Shown: one piece after another, positions 1 to 12,394 of the stretch
How positions within the stretch are numbered: position 1 is the first letter of the stretch
Layout of the letters: each line of letters starts with the position of its first letter
NCBI RefSeq assembly: GCF_963506605.1
Contig: NC_083288.1
Coordinates: forward strand, 25,730,001 to 25,794,000
Reading direction: 5' to 3'
Length of the DNA stretch: 64,000 nucleotides
DNA from: Zootoca vivipara
Taxonomy: Eukaryota
Notes under the pieces: generated by a model
The model's input: only the letters and a program-made list of their open reading frames with translations
Told to the model about the DNA's origin: nothing
The model's database searches: none
Translations under genes and position numbers: made by a program

Positions 1-231
1 CTGGGGGTGCTCAGAACCTTTTCCTGCCAAATGTTAAAAGTGCGGCACTTACTGTAACAACTTCATGGTGGGTACGGACACCTTTTTTCTCTTAAAAAAT
101 AAACAAAGCACTCCTTACAACAACCCTGCCAAGTGGACCAGCATCACTGTAGTACATTACATATTAGACTGCAGAGATGGCCCAAGCATAATCTTGGCAT
201 CACATGCTCTTGAGCAGAACCCTGACTAGAG

Positions 232-505
232 TACAGTGGTACCTCGCAAGACAAATGCCCTGCAAGACGAATTTTTTGCAAGACGAATGCGTCTTGCGAT
301 CTGATGGTGACTCGCAAGATGAATTCATTTTGCGAAAAATTCGTCTTGCGAATCGCGGTTTCCCACAGGAATGCATTGAAATTTAATTAATGCGTTCCTA
401 TGGGCAAAAAAAAAGAAATTTCAATGCATTCCTATGGAAAACCGTGATTCGCAAGACGAATTTTTCGCAAAACGAATTAAATTCATCTTGCGAGGCACCA
501 ATGTA
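232..505. mobile_element. Tc1/mariner (Tigger/pogo-like) MITE
   Basis: TA-CAGTGGTACCTCGCAAGAC ... TCTTGCGAGGCACCAATG-TA inverted termini with internal repeats. Confidence 0.75.
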
Positions 506-3339
506 TTGTTTGAATCCGCAGAGCACACCATGTTTTTACAACCCAACAACTATCTGCATTTAAGTCTACCTCTGGAGTATGCAAGCTTTCAAGTCATACA
601 GCATTCTTCAGCCAAACAATACAAAGGCTGCAACACCTACTTGCACTCAAATCCGCCTCCTTCATTGGCAACTTTTTGACTGACTGGTACATCCTAATTC
701 TACACATTTCCTAAATCTCCAAATATGTGTGACTGTGTTAATTGATTTAAAATATAATATGCAGGAGAAAAGACCATCTGGGTTGTGAACACATTTCTTA
801 AATCCCTGGCCACAAACAATTCTCATGCACCTGGTGGTAGGGAGAAAAGCAAACAGGAGTCTTTGAGCCCCAGCAACCCCTCACTTTGGAACCCAACCAC
901 TGGATTTTCTTAGCGGGATTATGAAACAAAACAAAAGATGACGAAATCCAAGGGATTAAAAAATTATTTACAAACAACACAGCCTTTGCCTGCTGCACTT
1001 CACAGTAAAAAGAGCCAAAGGACAGCATGTAGCAAAGCAAGGAGCCAGTAATGACAAGAATGGATGATCAAATAATCCCCTTTGTGTCATTTACAGCATG
1101 TTGTTAGCATATCTTCCCTTGCCACATCAGAAGTTTTGCAACATTCCAGTAAACCCCATCAAATTTTCCTTCCTTGCCTAAAATAACATCATCAACTCAA
1201 GTCAGATTTTGGTCCAACTTAAGTCCCAACTCTAAACATTTAAATTGTGTGTAGTTACTAGAGCCAATTTGCCAGGGCTGCTGGCAGAATTCACATTCTC
1301 CATTCAAGATGCAGAACCAGGCTGAAATGCAAAGCCCAACCAACACCAATGAGAACAGTTCCCCTTGCTCCATTCCTACATGCACATCTCTTCAGATCTC
1401 CAGAGACAGAAAGCTGGCTCCAGTGGTGAAAACGGGGCCCCCACTTCAGGTATTATTTGTATAGCCACTCTGGAGATCTGTGGGATGCAGAGTATCCAGC
1501 ATGAAGCCCATATACACTTATCAAACCATTCAGCATACAGTTTCAACCTCTTTGCTTTGCACCAGCCCTGCTCCTCTGAGTTTTAACATCAACCTGGCAT
1601 AATTTAATTGGTGAAGTCCCCACGAACACAACATGAGAGGTAGGGGGAAACTTCATCAGCTGAATTCCTGCAGCTCGTGCTCTTGGTTCCATTCCGGCAT
1701 TTGATTCTTCCCTTGGCAGGGTTCCTTGCAGCTAAACTATATGAACAGTTTTGTGTTTGTTTTGCAATCAAACAATTAAGAACATCGATCATAAAAACCA
1801 CAATGCAAAAAAATTAACCCACAGTTTTACAATAGCTCAAACTCATCAGATGAAAGCTCTTATGGGAATGTAATATCTTATAGAGTCAGTCCATCTAACG
1901 CCGTATTGCCTCCCACCTGGAGAGGTCAGTGATCAAACCTGGCACCTTACACGCAAAACAGATGCTCCCCACCCCCCAGCTACAGTGCTTCTCCTCTCCT
2001 AAATAAAGATGACTTTACATATCTTCACCTACTCTTCAAGGATGGTCCTGTGTGGTGGGGCTTCCTTTGAAAAAGAACTGGAAACTCCAGCTAGCTCAAA
2101 ACAGGGCAGCAAGATTCCCAAAGGGGAGGGTTCTTTTCATCTGCACTGGTCCAATTCAAAGTGCTAGTATTATTTTTTTTAAGCCCTAAATGATTTGGGA
2201 CCAGTATTATTGGCATCTGTCCGTCTCAGAAGACAACAAAATAAGCCTCCAGAGAGGCTCACTGAACACCTAAACTTTCAGCACCAGGTACAGTACATAT
2301 CTCTTTATTCACAAATAATAACAACTATGGTTTTACTGCATTTTAGTCCTTAGATTAGTTTTGTGTCCACCCACCCCTTTCTTGGTTGTGCTTCACATTT
2401 TTATGGATCTTTTACAGCCTCTTGATGGTACAGGCCTGGGGATCGGCGCCTCTCCATATTGCTTCAGGACTCCCCATGTCAATCAACCCCAGGCAGCACA
2501 GGCCATGGTCAGGATGGTGGAAGTTGTAGTCCTGCAACAATATGATACCTCAAGGACTGCCTCCTTCCATATGAACCTACCTGGACCCTGAGATCATCTT
2601 CTGAGGCCCTTCTTTGTGTGCCTCCTCCATGAGAAGTCGTGGCAACACGAGAACGGGCCTTTTCTGCGGTGGCTCCCCATTTGTGAAATAATCTCCCCAG
2701 GGAACTTCTCCTTTTATACACCTTTAGGCGCCAGTCAAAAACGTGCCTTTGGCTGAGGGACATCCGATGTCCTTTTAAATGTGTTGTGGGAATGGGAGGG
2801 ATTATCGGTTTCTTGCTGCTCTTATTTTTACTATGTTTTTCATGTTTTAAAATTGTGTTTTTATGCGGTCAACCGCCCCAAGATCTGCGGATGATCTGCA
2901 AATTTACAAAGTTCTTGAACAGACGGCTGTGCTCATCCAGATGTTGCTGTACTTCCAATTTCTCTCCTCCTTGCCCACTGGGCCATCCTTGCTAGGGCTA
3001 ATGAGAGCTGGGGGATGGGGGGCAAAGGTTCCCCACTCCTGCCATAAGGCACTTCTTATGTTTTTAAGGAAAGGCATTTGGAATCTCCGGAGCAATGCCC
3101 TTCGGCAAGTTTTGACACACGGCGGGGGGTAGCCTGCTGGGGATTTAAGTCACGTTAACTCGCCGAGACTGAATGAGAACAAGTCCCGCTCCGTCCAGCA
3201 CCATCTCCCGCCTCCTCCTTCCCAGGCAAAACCCTCCCCTTCTCTCTCTCACACATCCACTGCAATGTGTAACCCAAACAACAAGGCTACATCGTTTAAC
3301 TCTGCCCTAACCGACTCAAGAGTAGAGCTGTCTCTCCAC

Positions 3340-3429
3340 CATAGCTGCCAAGTTATCCCTTTTTTACAGGGATTGTCCCTTATGCTGAATAGGCTTCCTC
3401 GCGAGAAAAGGGAAAACTTGGCAGCTAAG
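3340..3429. mobile_element. 90-bp hAT-type MITE, TIR CATAGCTGCCAAGTT
   Basis: 8-bp TSD CTCTCCAC; near-identical copies at 34278 and 46902. Confidence 0.85.
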
Positions 3430-4098
3430 CTCTCCACCGCCCAGCTTGCAAGCGATTGCCAACGCGGAACAGAAGCGCCCTGCGCGAGTCGCGCAAAAAC
3501 ACGCGTCGCAAGGGCGGCTCTGCAAACATGCACCCTTTTCCCGTGCAGCTCGGGCTTGGAGGGGGGCGAAAAGGGGGCAGAGAGGGCGGCCGCCGACATC
3601 TTCAAGGGCAGCTAATCCGCGCCCCAACGAGTTCTTAAAGGGCCCGTTTCCTTGAAGACGCGCGTGGCCCGAAATCTCGGCGCAACCGACGATCAGAGGA
3701 GCGTAAAGTTCTCCCTGGCCCCATTTCCCAGACCCAACTCCCACAACGTTTGGAACAATGCAAAGAACTGAGCTTTTGTAACCCCCCACCCACCCACCAA
3801 CGCCCCCGCCCCCGGCCACCCACTTGACCCGGAGACCAGGAATTAATTAATTAATCAAAAACACGCGGCTAATTCATTAAATAATCCCGCCCCGAACAAC
3901 GAAACCCGAAAATCAACAAGTTTGCATAGGTTTCTCCCCCCCCCCCTCTTATTTCTTCCAACTTGGAGCTCCCTTTCTTGGTTGCAAAACTGGCTGAGAG
4001 ATTCCCTCCTTGATGCCTTCCCTCTTCTTCTTTTTCTTTGCCTCCCCCCCCCCCACCAATAAACAGAAATAGAAACAAACATAAGGGTTGAAACTTAC

Positions 4099-4183
4099 CT
4101 TCCGTGCTCCAAACAACTCCTGGCCAGACCGAAACCAAGAAGAACCCCATGCAAAAACAGCAGGGGCTGGGGATGGGCCCCAT
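4099..4183 (-). CDS. ERBB2: ERBB2 coding exon 1 (signal peptide MGPIPSPCCFCMGFFLVSVWPGVVWSTE+G); remainder of the gene lies beyond position 1
   Basis: 85-nt ATG-initiated exon with a hydrophobic signal peptide ending STE and a phase-1 GTAAGT donor, like human ERBB2 exon 1 (...STQ|V). Lies in a CpG-rich region, head-to-head with PGAP3 as in human, and is preceded by a HER2-like 6-codon uORF. Identity rests largely on synteny. Confidence 0.78.
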
Positions 4184-4190
4184 TGTTTTT

Positions 4191-4211
4191 TCATTGCAAA
4201 TCCCAGCTCAT
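4191..4211 (-). promoter_or_regulatory. 6-codon upstream ORF (MSWDLQ*) ending 7 nt before the ERBB2 ATG
   Basis: Minus strand reads ATG AGC TGG GAT TTG CAA TGA aaaaaca ATG. Confidence 0.75.
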
Positions 4212-4818
4212 AATTTCGTCCGGGCAAGAGAAGGAAGGTGGGAGGAGATTTTTATTTTTGTTTTCTCCAAGCGCCTTGGCAATCGTGCCCGGTTTGTTTT
4301 CTCGAGTTTCGCTTCCCCCTTTGCACTTTTCCTTGCAACCCAACTTTTCAACCCTTTTCACTTCCTTTACAAAAAAAAAAAAAAGCCACTACCAGAAGCC
4401 ACCACCTCTTCTCAGTGTCTCTCCCACCAGCACCAGGCGTCGGGAACGCGCTCCGAGCGCGCTCCGGAGCAGGATTCCTGCTCCCTCGGGAGTGGCAAAC
4501 AAGTTCTTCGTCGGAGCACGCCAAAGCCGTTCTTTGCCTCGTGGGAAATCAAAGCTGGAGAGAGGAGGAAACTTTGCGAAACGTTTTGCTTTGCCTCCTT
4601 GTTGCTGAAGGTGGAATTCCATTCCTTCTCCTTGGGCGATTTCTTTGGACACTTTCCAGTTCAGAGCATCGACCTTGAATGGACAAAGAGAAGGGAAATA
4701 TATATATTTCTTGGAATGAAATTAAATGAAGGCTCCGCTTGCCAAATAATTTAAGGTGGAGGGGGCGGTGGGGAGAGGAAAGTATGTAAATCTGGAATGG
4801 GGTTGGGGGGGGGAGAAA

Positions 4819-4836
4819 CAGCTGTGTTATAAATAG
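4819..4836. promoter_or_regulatory. E-box (CAGCTG) adjacent to a MEF2 consensus site (TTATAAATAG) upstream of ERBB2
   Basis: cagctgtgttataaatag; exact YTAWWWWTAR match 2 nt from an E-box; motif only. Confidence 0.35.
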
Positions 4837-5391
4837 AACTGTCCAATATTTCAAAAGACCTTAATTAACCGATTAGGAGGCAAATAATTAATATTGGTTG
4901 TTTGAATACTGTAAAATACATGATTCCGGACCGTCACCAGAAATCGGTATAGTTACCTTTCTGAAGGACCTTACGATTTAATAAAGCACATGTGATTTCT
5001 TGAGAAATCACAATCCGCTCGAGCCAGCTAGCAACAGAAACCGTCATTTAGAATCATAGAATTGTAAACTTGGAAGGGACCTCAGGAGTCATCTAGTCCA
5101 ACCCCCTGCAATGCATTTGAAATATCAGATTACAAAAATCCGAAAAGCAAGACTCAAAGGAGCCTTAACCCGTAACATGCTGGTAGCTCAAAGCACCCTG
5201 GATGTTGCCTTATGTCAGGTCAGACCAATTCGCCCATCTAGCTTCCTGTTGTCTACACTGACTGGCAGCAGCTCTGGTTTCAGGCCAGAATCCCCTACCT
5301 GTGGATGCTGGGGATTGAATTCATATTAAAATTCAGCCTCAGCAGTCAACTTTTACATTGCAGTTGTATATAATAGGGCTTAAACTCAAAA

Positions 5392-5907
5392 GCAATGACA
5401 AACCTAGACAGCATCTTAAAAAGCAGAGACATCACCTTGCCGACAAAGGTCCGTATAGTTAAAGCTATGGTTTTCCCAGTAGCGATGTATGGAAGTGAGA
5501 GCTGGACCATAAAGAAGGCTGATCGCCGAAGAATTGATGCTTTTGAATTATGGTGCTGGAGGAGACTCTTGAGAGTCCCATGGACTGCAAGAAGATCAAA
5601 CCTATCCATTCTTAAGGAAATCAGCCCTGAGTGCTCCCTGGAAGGACAGATCCTGAAGCTGAGGCTCCAATAATTTGGCCACCTCATGAGAAGAGAAGAA
5701 TCCTTGGAAAAGACCCTGATGTTGGGAAAGATGGAGGGCACTAGGAGAAGGGGACGACAGAGGACAAGATGGTTGGACAGTGTTCTCGAAGCTACGAACA
5801 TGAGTTTGACCAAACTGCGGGAGGCAGTGCAAGACAGGAGTGCCTGGCGTGCTGTGGTCCATGGGGTCACAAAGAGTCGGACACGACTAAACGACTAAAC
5901 AACAACA
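5392..5907 (+). mobile_element. Bov-B (RTE) LINE, 5'-truncated
   Basis: RT C-terminal peptide (SRDITLPTKVRIVKAMVFPV...RRIDAFELWCWRRLLRVPW), (CAA)n tail, TSD aaactcaaaa. Confidence 0.92.
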
Positions 5908-8900
5908 AAACTCAAAATAAGTCTGTAAGCTTGAACCACTTAAAGCTGACAACTTATTATTTGTTACATTTACAACCCAGCATGCAGACTTCTCCTTTTA
6001 ACCTCACAACAACCTTGTGAGGTAGGCTAGGCGGAGAGTGAGTGACTGGCCCAACATAACCCATTGAGCTTCATGGCTGAGTGGGGATTTGAACCTTGTT
6101 CTCCCAGATCCTAGCCTAGCCCTCTAACCACTGCACATTTCTAACGTAAATCTAAAATGTACTTGGGAGAGATCAGCAGTCATGTAGTAGACGAATCAAT
6201 CTAAAATGGGAAGGACTGAGAGATTTCTGGAATAGCCAAGGTTCAGCTCCAGGACTTGTTGCCACTGACAAAGCTCAAACCCCATCTGCCCTGTGCATTT
6301 AAAGCAGTATCATAATACTTTAAACCTGCCCCCAGCCCCAATTGTGGGAAGCATAGTTTGTTAAGGGTGCTGAGAGTTGTTAGGAGATGCCTTTCCCCCT
6401 CGCAGATCCGCATTTCCTAGAGTTGCTTGGAAAGAGTGATTTTTTATTTTTGGTGAAGCCACTCCGAAAATTGTAGCTCTGTAAGGGAAATAGAGGTCTC
6501 CTAGCACTTTTCCGCACCTTTTGCAAACTACAGTTCCCAGGGTCCTTTGAAGGAAGTTGTTACTGTTTCAACTGGTATGATAGTACTTTAAATGCATAAG
6601 TGCAGGTGGGGCCTCAGTTCTGCAAAATGATATTAAATGAACATTTATATACCATTTTAGAATTATCAAGGCACTTTGCGTGATAAGTACTGTACAGTGA
6701 TCCTTACAAAAAAAACCTATATGTATTGTACTTCCCATTCTGCAGGAAGGGAGGCTAAGAGAGAGGAGAGGCTTACCTAGCAACTTCATAGCTGAGATGA
6801 GATTCAGGTCACAATCCTACATCAATTTCCTGAAAGTAAAACCACTTGTACTCAGTGGGACTTACTCCTGAGTTGATAGGATTGCAGTACATGTCAGTGC
6901 ACCAGGAATTTCCAGATTTCTTAGCACAATCTCTTGACCGGGACTTTGTACCATTAATGTGAGCTACTTGTGCAGATGGCAGTGCCTCTGGGCATGTGAA
7001 GGCTTCCAGATTGGAGGCTGCCCGCTGTTGGGCAAGCTTGAGCTCTGGGCCCTTTGCACTTGCAGGAACAAAGCAGTTCAAAATGTTTACATTTTTAGTC
7101 AATCACGCAAACCTGTCTGACTATGAAAAGAGACAGAAGAATGACTGTAGAAGATGAGTATTCTCGGGTTGGGGGTGGGAAAAGAGCGTTAAAAGCCAGC
7201 ACAATACAAGAATACGCCCCCTGAAATACTGGAATACGCCCCCTGAAAATGATCTGATGAAGAACAACACACAAAACACGCTCCCTGCAAAAAGGTTCCG
7301 GCAAGTAGGTGAAGTAAATGTGAAAGGGAAATGTGGATCTCAGGGAAGTAGCCGTAATAATTAATTGGTGCCTGGTCCCGATAGAAAGCTCTCTTGTCCA
7401 CACCCTGACGAAGTCAACAGGAGAGCCGTGCAAGAGGTCCTGCTTGCAGGGAGGAGCATGTCACTCCCAGTTGCGACAGCTCCGCTGGCTCATTTACAGG
7501 CACAATTCAAAGTACCCTGAATGGCCGAGGAGGTGTATTTACCTAAAGGACTTCCTTCTCCCTGTAGGAACCTGTCCGAATCTTGAGGTCTCCCCAAAGG
7601 GCCCTTCTCTCAGTCCCTTTGATATCCGAGGCATGTTTGATGAGGGTCAAGAGGCAGGGCCCGGGGGGGGGGGGCTTCTCAGTAGTGGCACCCCCACCTT
7701 TGGAAGGCACACACACCTTCATCCAGGTAGGCAAGAGGCATTATCTCAGGTCAAGGATCCATTCCAGCCAAAAATAAGTGAGGAGTCTGAGAAGTGAGAG
7801 GCCAGAGAGGGCATGGCTTAAAGTAGAGTCTTGAGGTATTTTCCCCCTGGCCCAAGGTTCTCCCCTGCCTGCCCCAATTAGCTCTGTTCAGTCATTCATC
7901 CTGACCAACAAACATCTCAGGGACTCAAGGCGTGTACAAACCCATTCCTCTTTCCCAACACTCCAGGCAGCTACCGGTAGTGCTTATCATTGTGCCATGA
8001 CAGGCTTCCACCAATTTATTATTTTCCCTGTGGCCTAAGAGGAAGTTACATGATGTACAGAGCCTCCAGCTGTAGGAACCCTCTACCTCGAACGCAGAGC
8101 TGGTGTCGGAACTTGGTGTGGTAGCAGGTTTAGTCTGAGAGAGTACAGGAAATGTTTCCTCCCCTGGCCAAAAGCCTTGAACCGAATAAGGGAAATATTT
8201 CTCCTTGGGTGCTAATGGTGTGCTTTTTCGTTTTAGCGCTTACAAGGAAGTTTGCTGCTCCCCCCCCCAACTGCCTTCAAAACACCAGGGTGACTGTTTA
8301 AGAATCCCTCTCTTCTCGATCCTCCCACAGCCTTGCTGCTCTCCTCTGCCTAAACCCCTTTTCAGGAAGAGCCTCCCAGATGCTTTGAGCACTGCTGGGC
8401 TTGTGGCAAAATCCTGACTCCTGACGGATTATGAGAAAGTCGTTCGTGCAGCAGACCTTGCCAGTTTGCTGTACTTCCTTGCCCATTTTGGCAGCCTCGC
8501 TTTGCTGCCAATTGCTGCTTTGCTGGGCTTGTTGTAGTTTCTCTCTGTGTTTGTCTGTCTCAGATATGAAAGGCCAGTGGGTGGGAGACGACTTTAGAAG
8601 AAGGGGCAGTTGGCTTGAGAGGCTGCACTCTGCGGAGGAAATTCTTGGAACGTGGAGGAATTGCTAGAGAATGGGTTCTTTCAAGGCTTCCTTTAAACCC
8701 TGCAGCAGGCAGCCAAAGGCTCTCTGTGTGTGACTTTCTTGTGGTGTTAACTGATTCTTTTCTTTCCCCTCAGTCATATTTTTTTCCCATGCCTTGCAGC
8801 TGTTTGCAAGGAGTGGGTTTTAATTCCCTGGGTTCCACCTGAAAGAGAGGAGAACATTTACCTTTGCAATCCCAGCATTGCAAAACACCAGGGCCTGAAA

Positions 8901-10572
8901 AGAATATCTTCCCTACCAGTATTGGGACAATGGAATATAAAAAGGCCTTAGGAAAGGGACTGATTTTTTAAAAAGCCTTATCATCATACAGACATTATGT
9001 ACATTATGCTACATTTACACAGGAATCAGCTGCTGGTCACCCCGCACCCCGCCACCCCATCTCAAAAAGGAATTTCCAGAGCTACAAGAAACAATTAAAG
9101 GGGCCGATTAATAGCCCAATCCTTTGCAGAGGCAGAAATGTCTAGATTTACTGGCTCAGATCCTAATGTAAGTTAACTTAAGGAAGTTCATGAAATGAAA
9201 GTTTCACATCCCTTCTCCCCACAGTAGTCGGCTGTGCCTCCCCAAAAGCATCTCTGGAGAGTTGGGGGCCCTTCTTTTTATGTGGGATATGGCAGATGGG
9301 GAGCTGCTGAAGGTTGGAAGGGGCCTCAAGGGTCATCCAGTCCAACCCCCTGCAATGCAGAAATCACAGCTAAAGAATCCCTGGCAGACCAACCTGTTTT
9401 TAAAAACCTCCAGTGGAGTGCACCACCTTCCAAGGGAGTCCGTTCAACTATTGAACAGCTTTTCCCGTCAGAAGAAGAGGAATTGTCCCAAGCCAGGGAG
9501 AGGTCCACACAATTTTAAGTGATTCCATCTTTCCCATCACACAATCTTCAATAACAGCCCCTGACCCTCCAGACAGGCTTTCCAGAAGACACAGGTGGTT
9601 ACTGGGGGGGACGGGACAATGAGGACAGGAAATCTTTCCTTCTGTGAACTTAACTAATCTTGGTATCCATGCTTAGTCTGTCCACCTAATTCTGCACAGA
9701 ATGAGGCTGTAAAAAGACTGGAAAAACAGAGCATGTTGCAGCTTATGTGGGGTAGGGAAGAACACTTAAGAGGCAGCTTTTTGGTTTTAATCCCCCCTAC
9801 CCTATGACGATGTAATCTCAAAATTTATAAATTGATGAATGGTATGGAGAGAATGAATAGGGAGAGAGAACTATCTCCCTCTTTCAAAACATGAGAACCC
9901 AGGGTCATCCAGTTCAGGCTACTATCGGGCAACGGGTTCAGGTCTGACAGGTATTCAGTGGAATGCATAATTATCATATAGAATGTATTTAAATTAACGT
10001 CGGAGCTGTAATCTCTGCAGAGCAGCCCTTGGAAGAGTATACACATGAATCCCTGGAGGTGTCTACTTAGAGAAGTAATTTTCATTGAATTCATTGGGAC
10101 TTTGTCCCTAGCAAAAAGGGCTGCTACCTTGAAATATTGAGTACAATCAAATGCATACACTGTCCAGGCAGCAGTCACTGAAAAATAAAATTTGCCACGC
10201 TTCATTGTAATGCTGATGCGGTCATAACCACAACCATAGATTGTTTTAAAACAATTAGTTCACATCTATAACCTTTAAGCAATGGACAGTTCTGTTGGTA
10301 CATGAATTAGAATAAATTTGCAATGGCTTCTACCCTTCCTTTCTGACGAAGCTGGGAGATGAAGAAATTCAGGAGCCACAACCAGGATGCTTTCTGACCA
10401 CAGAGGCAAACAATTCCTCCAGATTCTGTTGCTCATGAGGTCTGGTTAGGGTGGTTGCTATTTGTTAGGCCTGCAGATCTAACCAGACCTTTCAAGGGAT
10501 TAAGCCTCTTCAGGAAAAGGAATAAAGTCTCAGGGGAAAGAGATAGAAGCATGGGTCGCTTTATTTATTGCT

Positions 10573-10890
10573 AGTCCCATGGACTGCAAGAAGATCAAAC
10601 CTATCCCATTCTGAAGGAAATCAGCCCTGAGTGCTCACTGGAAGGACAGATCCTGAAGCTGAGGCTCCAATACTTTGGCCACCTCATGAGAAGAGAAGAC
10701 TCCCTGGAAAAGACCCTGATGTTGGGAAAGATGGAGGGCACAAGGAGAAGGGGACAGAGGACGAGATGGTTGGACAGTGTTCTCGAAGCTACGAACATGA
10801 GTTTGACCAAACTTCAGGAGGCAGTGGAGGAGAAGTGCCTGGCGTGCTCTGGTCCATGGGGTCACGAAGAGTCGGACACAACCAAAGGAC

Positions 10891-10921
<31 letters not shown>
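10573..10921 (+). mobile_element. Bov-B LINE 3' fragment
   Basis: Same 3' sequence as the 5392 copy; long (CAA)n tail. Confidence 0.9.
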
Positions 10922-11266
10922 GGCTTTCCTATTACTTCACTTTGCTATGAGCTCTGCCTGTGGGTGTCCACGACTTTTTCTGGGGTGAAGAGTAAAAAAC
11001 TGACAGGGAAAGCAGCTATAAAACAACAGTATCTGCACATTTTGCCTCATCTCTGCTTCTACTGCAAATGTTAAAAACTATGGTCACACCACATATTTTA
11101 AGCACATAACTTTCTTACTGCCCCAATTAATGCTATGCCGTATTTACTTGTCAATAGCCAGTTCTTCACTTGATTGAAAAGCCAGGGTGTTTGTTCAGGT
11201 TGAAGATAGGCAAGGAAAGCATACAATACGTTATCTTCAATCTGTTATCAAAATTAACCTCACCAG

Positions 11267-11458
11267 TACAGTGGTACCTCGGTTTAAGTATACAATTGGT
11301 TCCGGAAGTCTGTACTTAACCTGAAGCGTACTTAACCTGAAGCGAACTTTCCCATTGAAAGTAATAGAAAGTGGTTTAATCCATTCCAGATGGGTCCGCG
11401 GAGTACTTAAACTGAAAGTATTCAAACCGAGGCATACTTAAACCGAGGCATGACTGTA
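11267..11458. mobile_element. Tc1/mariner MITE
   Basis: TA-CAGTGGTACCTCGGTTTAAG ... CTTAAACCGAGGCATGACTG-TA. Confidence 0.8.
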
Positions 11459-12059
11459 TGTGAAATGGCAGGTGGAGCTACATGAAACTCTATGCATGAC
11501 GGGTGTGCATGTGTGGCTGCATACATACTAAAGCACATTCAAAGCACATTTCCCCCTCTCAAAGAATTCTGGACACTGCAGTTTGCTGGGAACTGTAATT
11601 CTGTGGTAGGTAAACCACAGTGCCCAGAATTCTTTTAGGCAAATAATGTGCTTCAAAGGTAGTGTGCAGACTGCCAGTGTGTGTACATGTTGCTTACACC
11701 GATGTGCATTGGAGGGAAGCTATATATCTGTTCCCACAGCCCAAGATTGAACTTCTAGAGACCCAGAGGAGAGGAGTGATCATTCAAGAAACCTGCACCG
11801 AACAAAGGAATTTTTGAAGGGCAAAAATAAGGGCAATAATATAGGGACTGGGTTTTTTTGTTTCTTTTTTTAAAGGAAAATTGGGACAGCTGGAAGAGAT
11901 TTTAAAAAGGTAATTAGAGATGACAATACTGCTTGTAAGTGGACGAGACACGATTGTAAGCGCTTGAAGGGGAGGCAGAGATGGGGATTCTTCTCTCTGC
12001 TTCTAAATGGAAGGGGAAATTTCGCTCAATAGTTTCTCAAGCCTTGAAGTAGAACAAAG

Positions 12060-12081
12060 AACTACATCTCCCACAATCCCC
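12060..12081 (+). promoter_or_regulatory. ZNF143/Staf-binding (SBS)-like motif in the PGAP3 CpG-island promoter
   Basis: aACTACAtcTCCCAcAATccc matches ACTACAnnTCCCAnAAT about 140 nt upstream of the PGAP3 ATG; ETS-like ttccgg also nearby. Confidence 0.55.
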
Positions 12082-12204
12082 TGCCCTAGCCACCAAGGCG
12101 GAACCTTTGCGCGTGCGGCTCGGGTTTCCCCCAGCTGCTTAAAACAAAGGGCCGGTTCCGGTTCCCAAAGCAGAAGTGGCGCTTGCAGCCGCCCGGCAGG
12201 CGGG

Positions 12205-12394
12205 ATGGCGGCTCGGACCGCGCTCCTACTGCTGCTGGGGGTGGCGGGCGCCGGCCTGGCCCCCGCCCAGGCCTCGCGGGGGGACCGGGAGCCCGTCTAC
12301 CGAGAATGCCTGACGCATTGCGAGAAGCGCAACTGCTCCGGGCCCGGGCTGCGGCACTTCCGCTCCCACCAGCCGCTCTACATGAGCCTCACAG
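12205..12394 (+). CDS. PGAP3: PGAP3 exon 1 of 8 (gene CDS span 12205-22875, 322 aa; post-GPI attachment to proteins phospholipase 3, Per1 family)
   Basis: [46 protein letters not shown]...QPLYMSLT: signal peptide plus the [10 protein letters not shown] motif; 190 nt, phase-1 GT donor; CpG island. Confidence 0.95.

Larger units (their letters stand above)
3430..4560. promoter_or_regulatory. CpG-rich region around ERBB2 5' UTR, exon 1 and start of intron 1
   Basis: Visibly high CpG/GC density (cgcgagtcgcgc, gcggccgccg, cgcgctccgagcgcgc) against CpG-poor flanks; bounds approximate. Confidence 0.65.

Noticed and set aside
4104-4754. 216-aa plus-strand ORF and other long ORFs over the ERBB2 5' region
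   Set aside because: Antisense to the ERBB2 leader, low complexity, no recognisable domain.
7254-7295. CTGATGAAG...AAAAC as another hammerhead
   Set aside because: No stems I-III or NUH site could be formed.
12007-12204. Upstream in-frame ATG extending PGAP3 by 66 aa
   Set aside because: Lies upstream of the promoter motifs and would bury the signal peptide; 12205 matches the known start.
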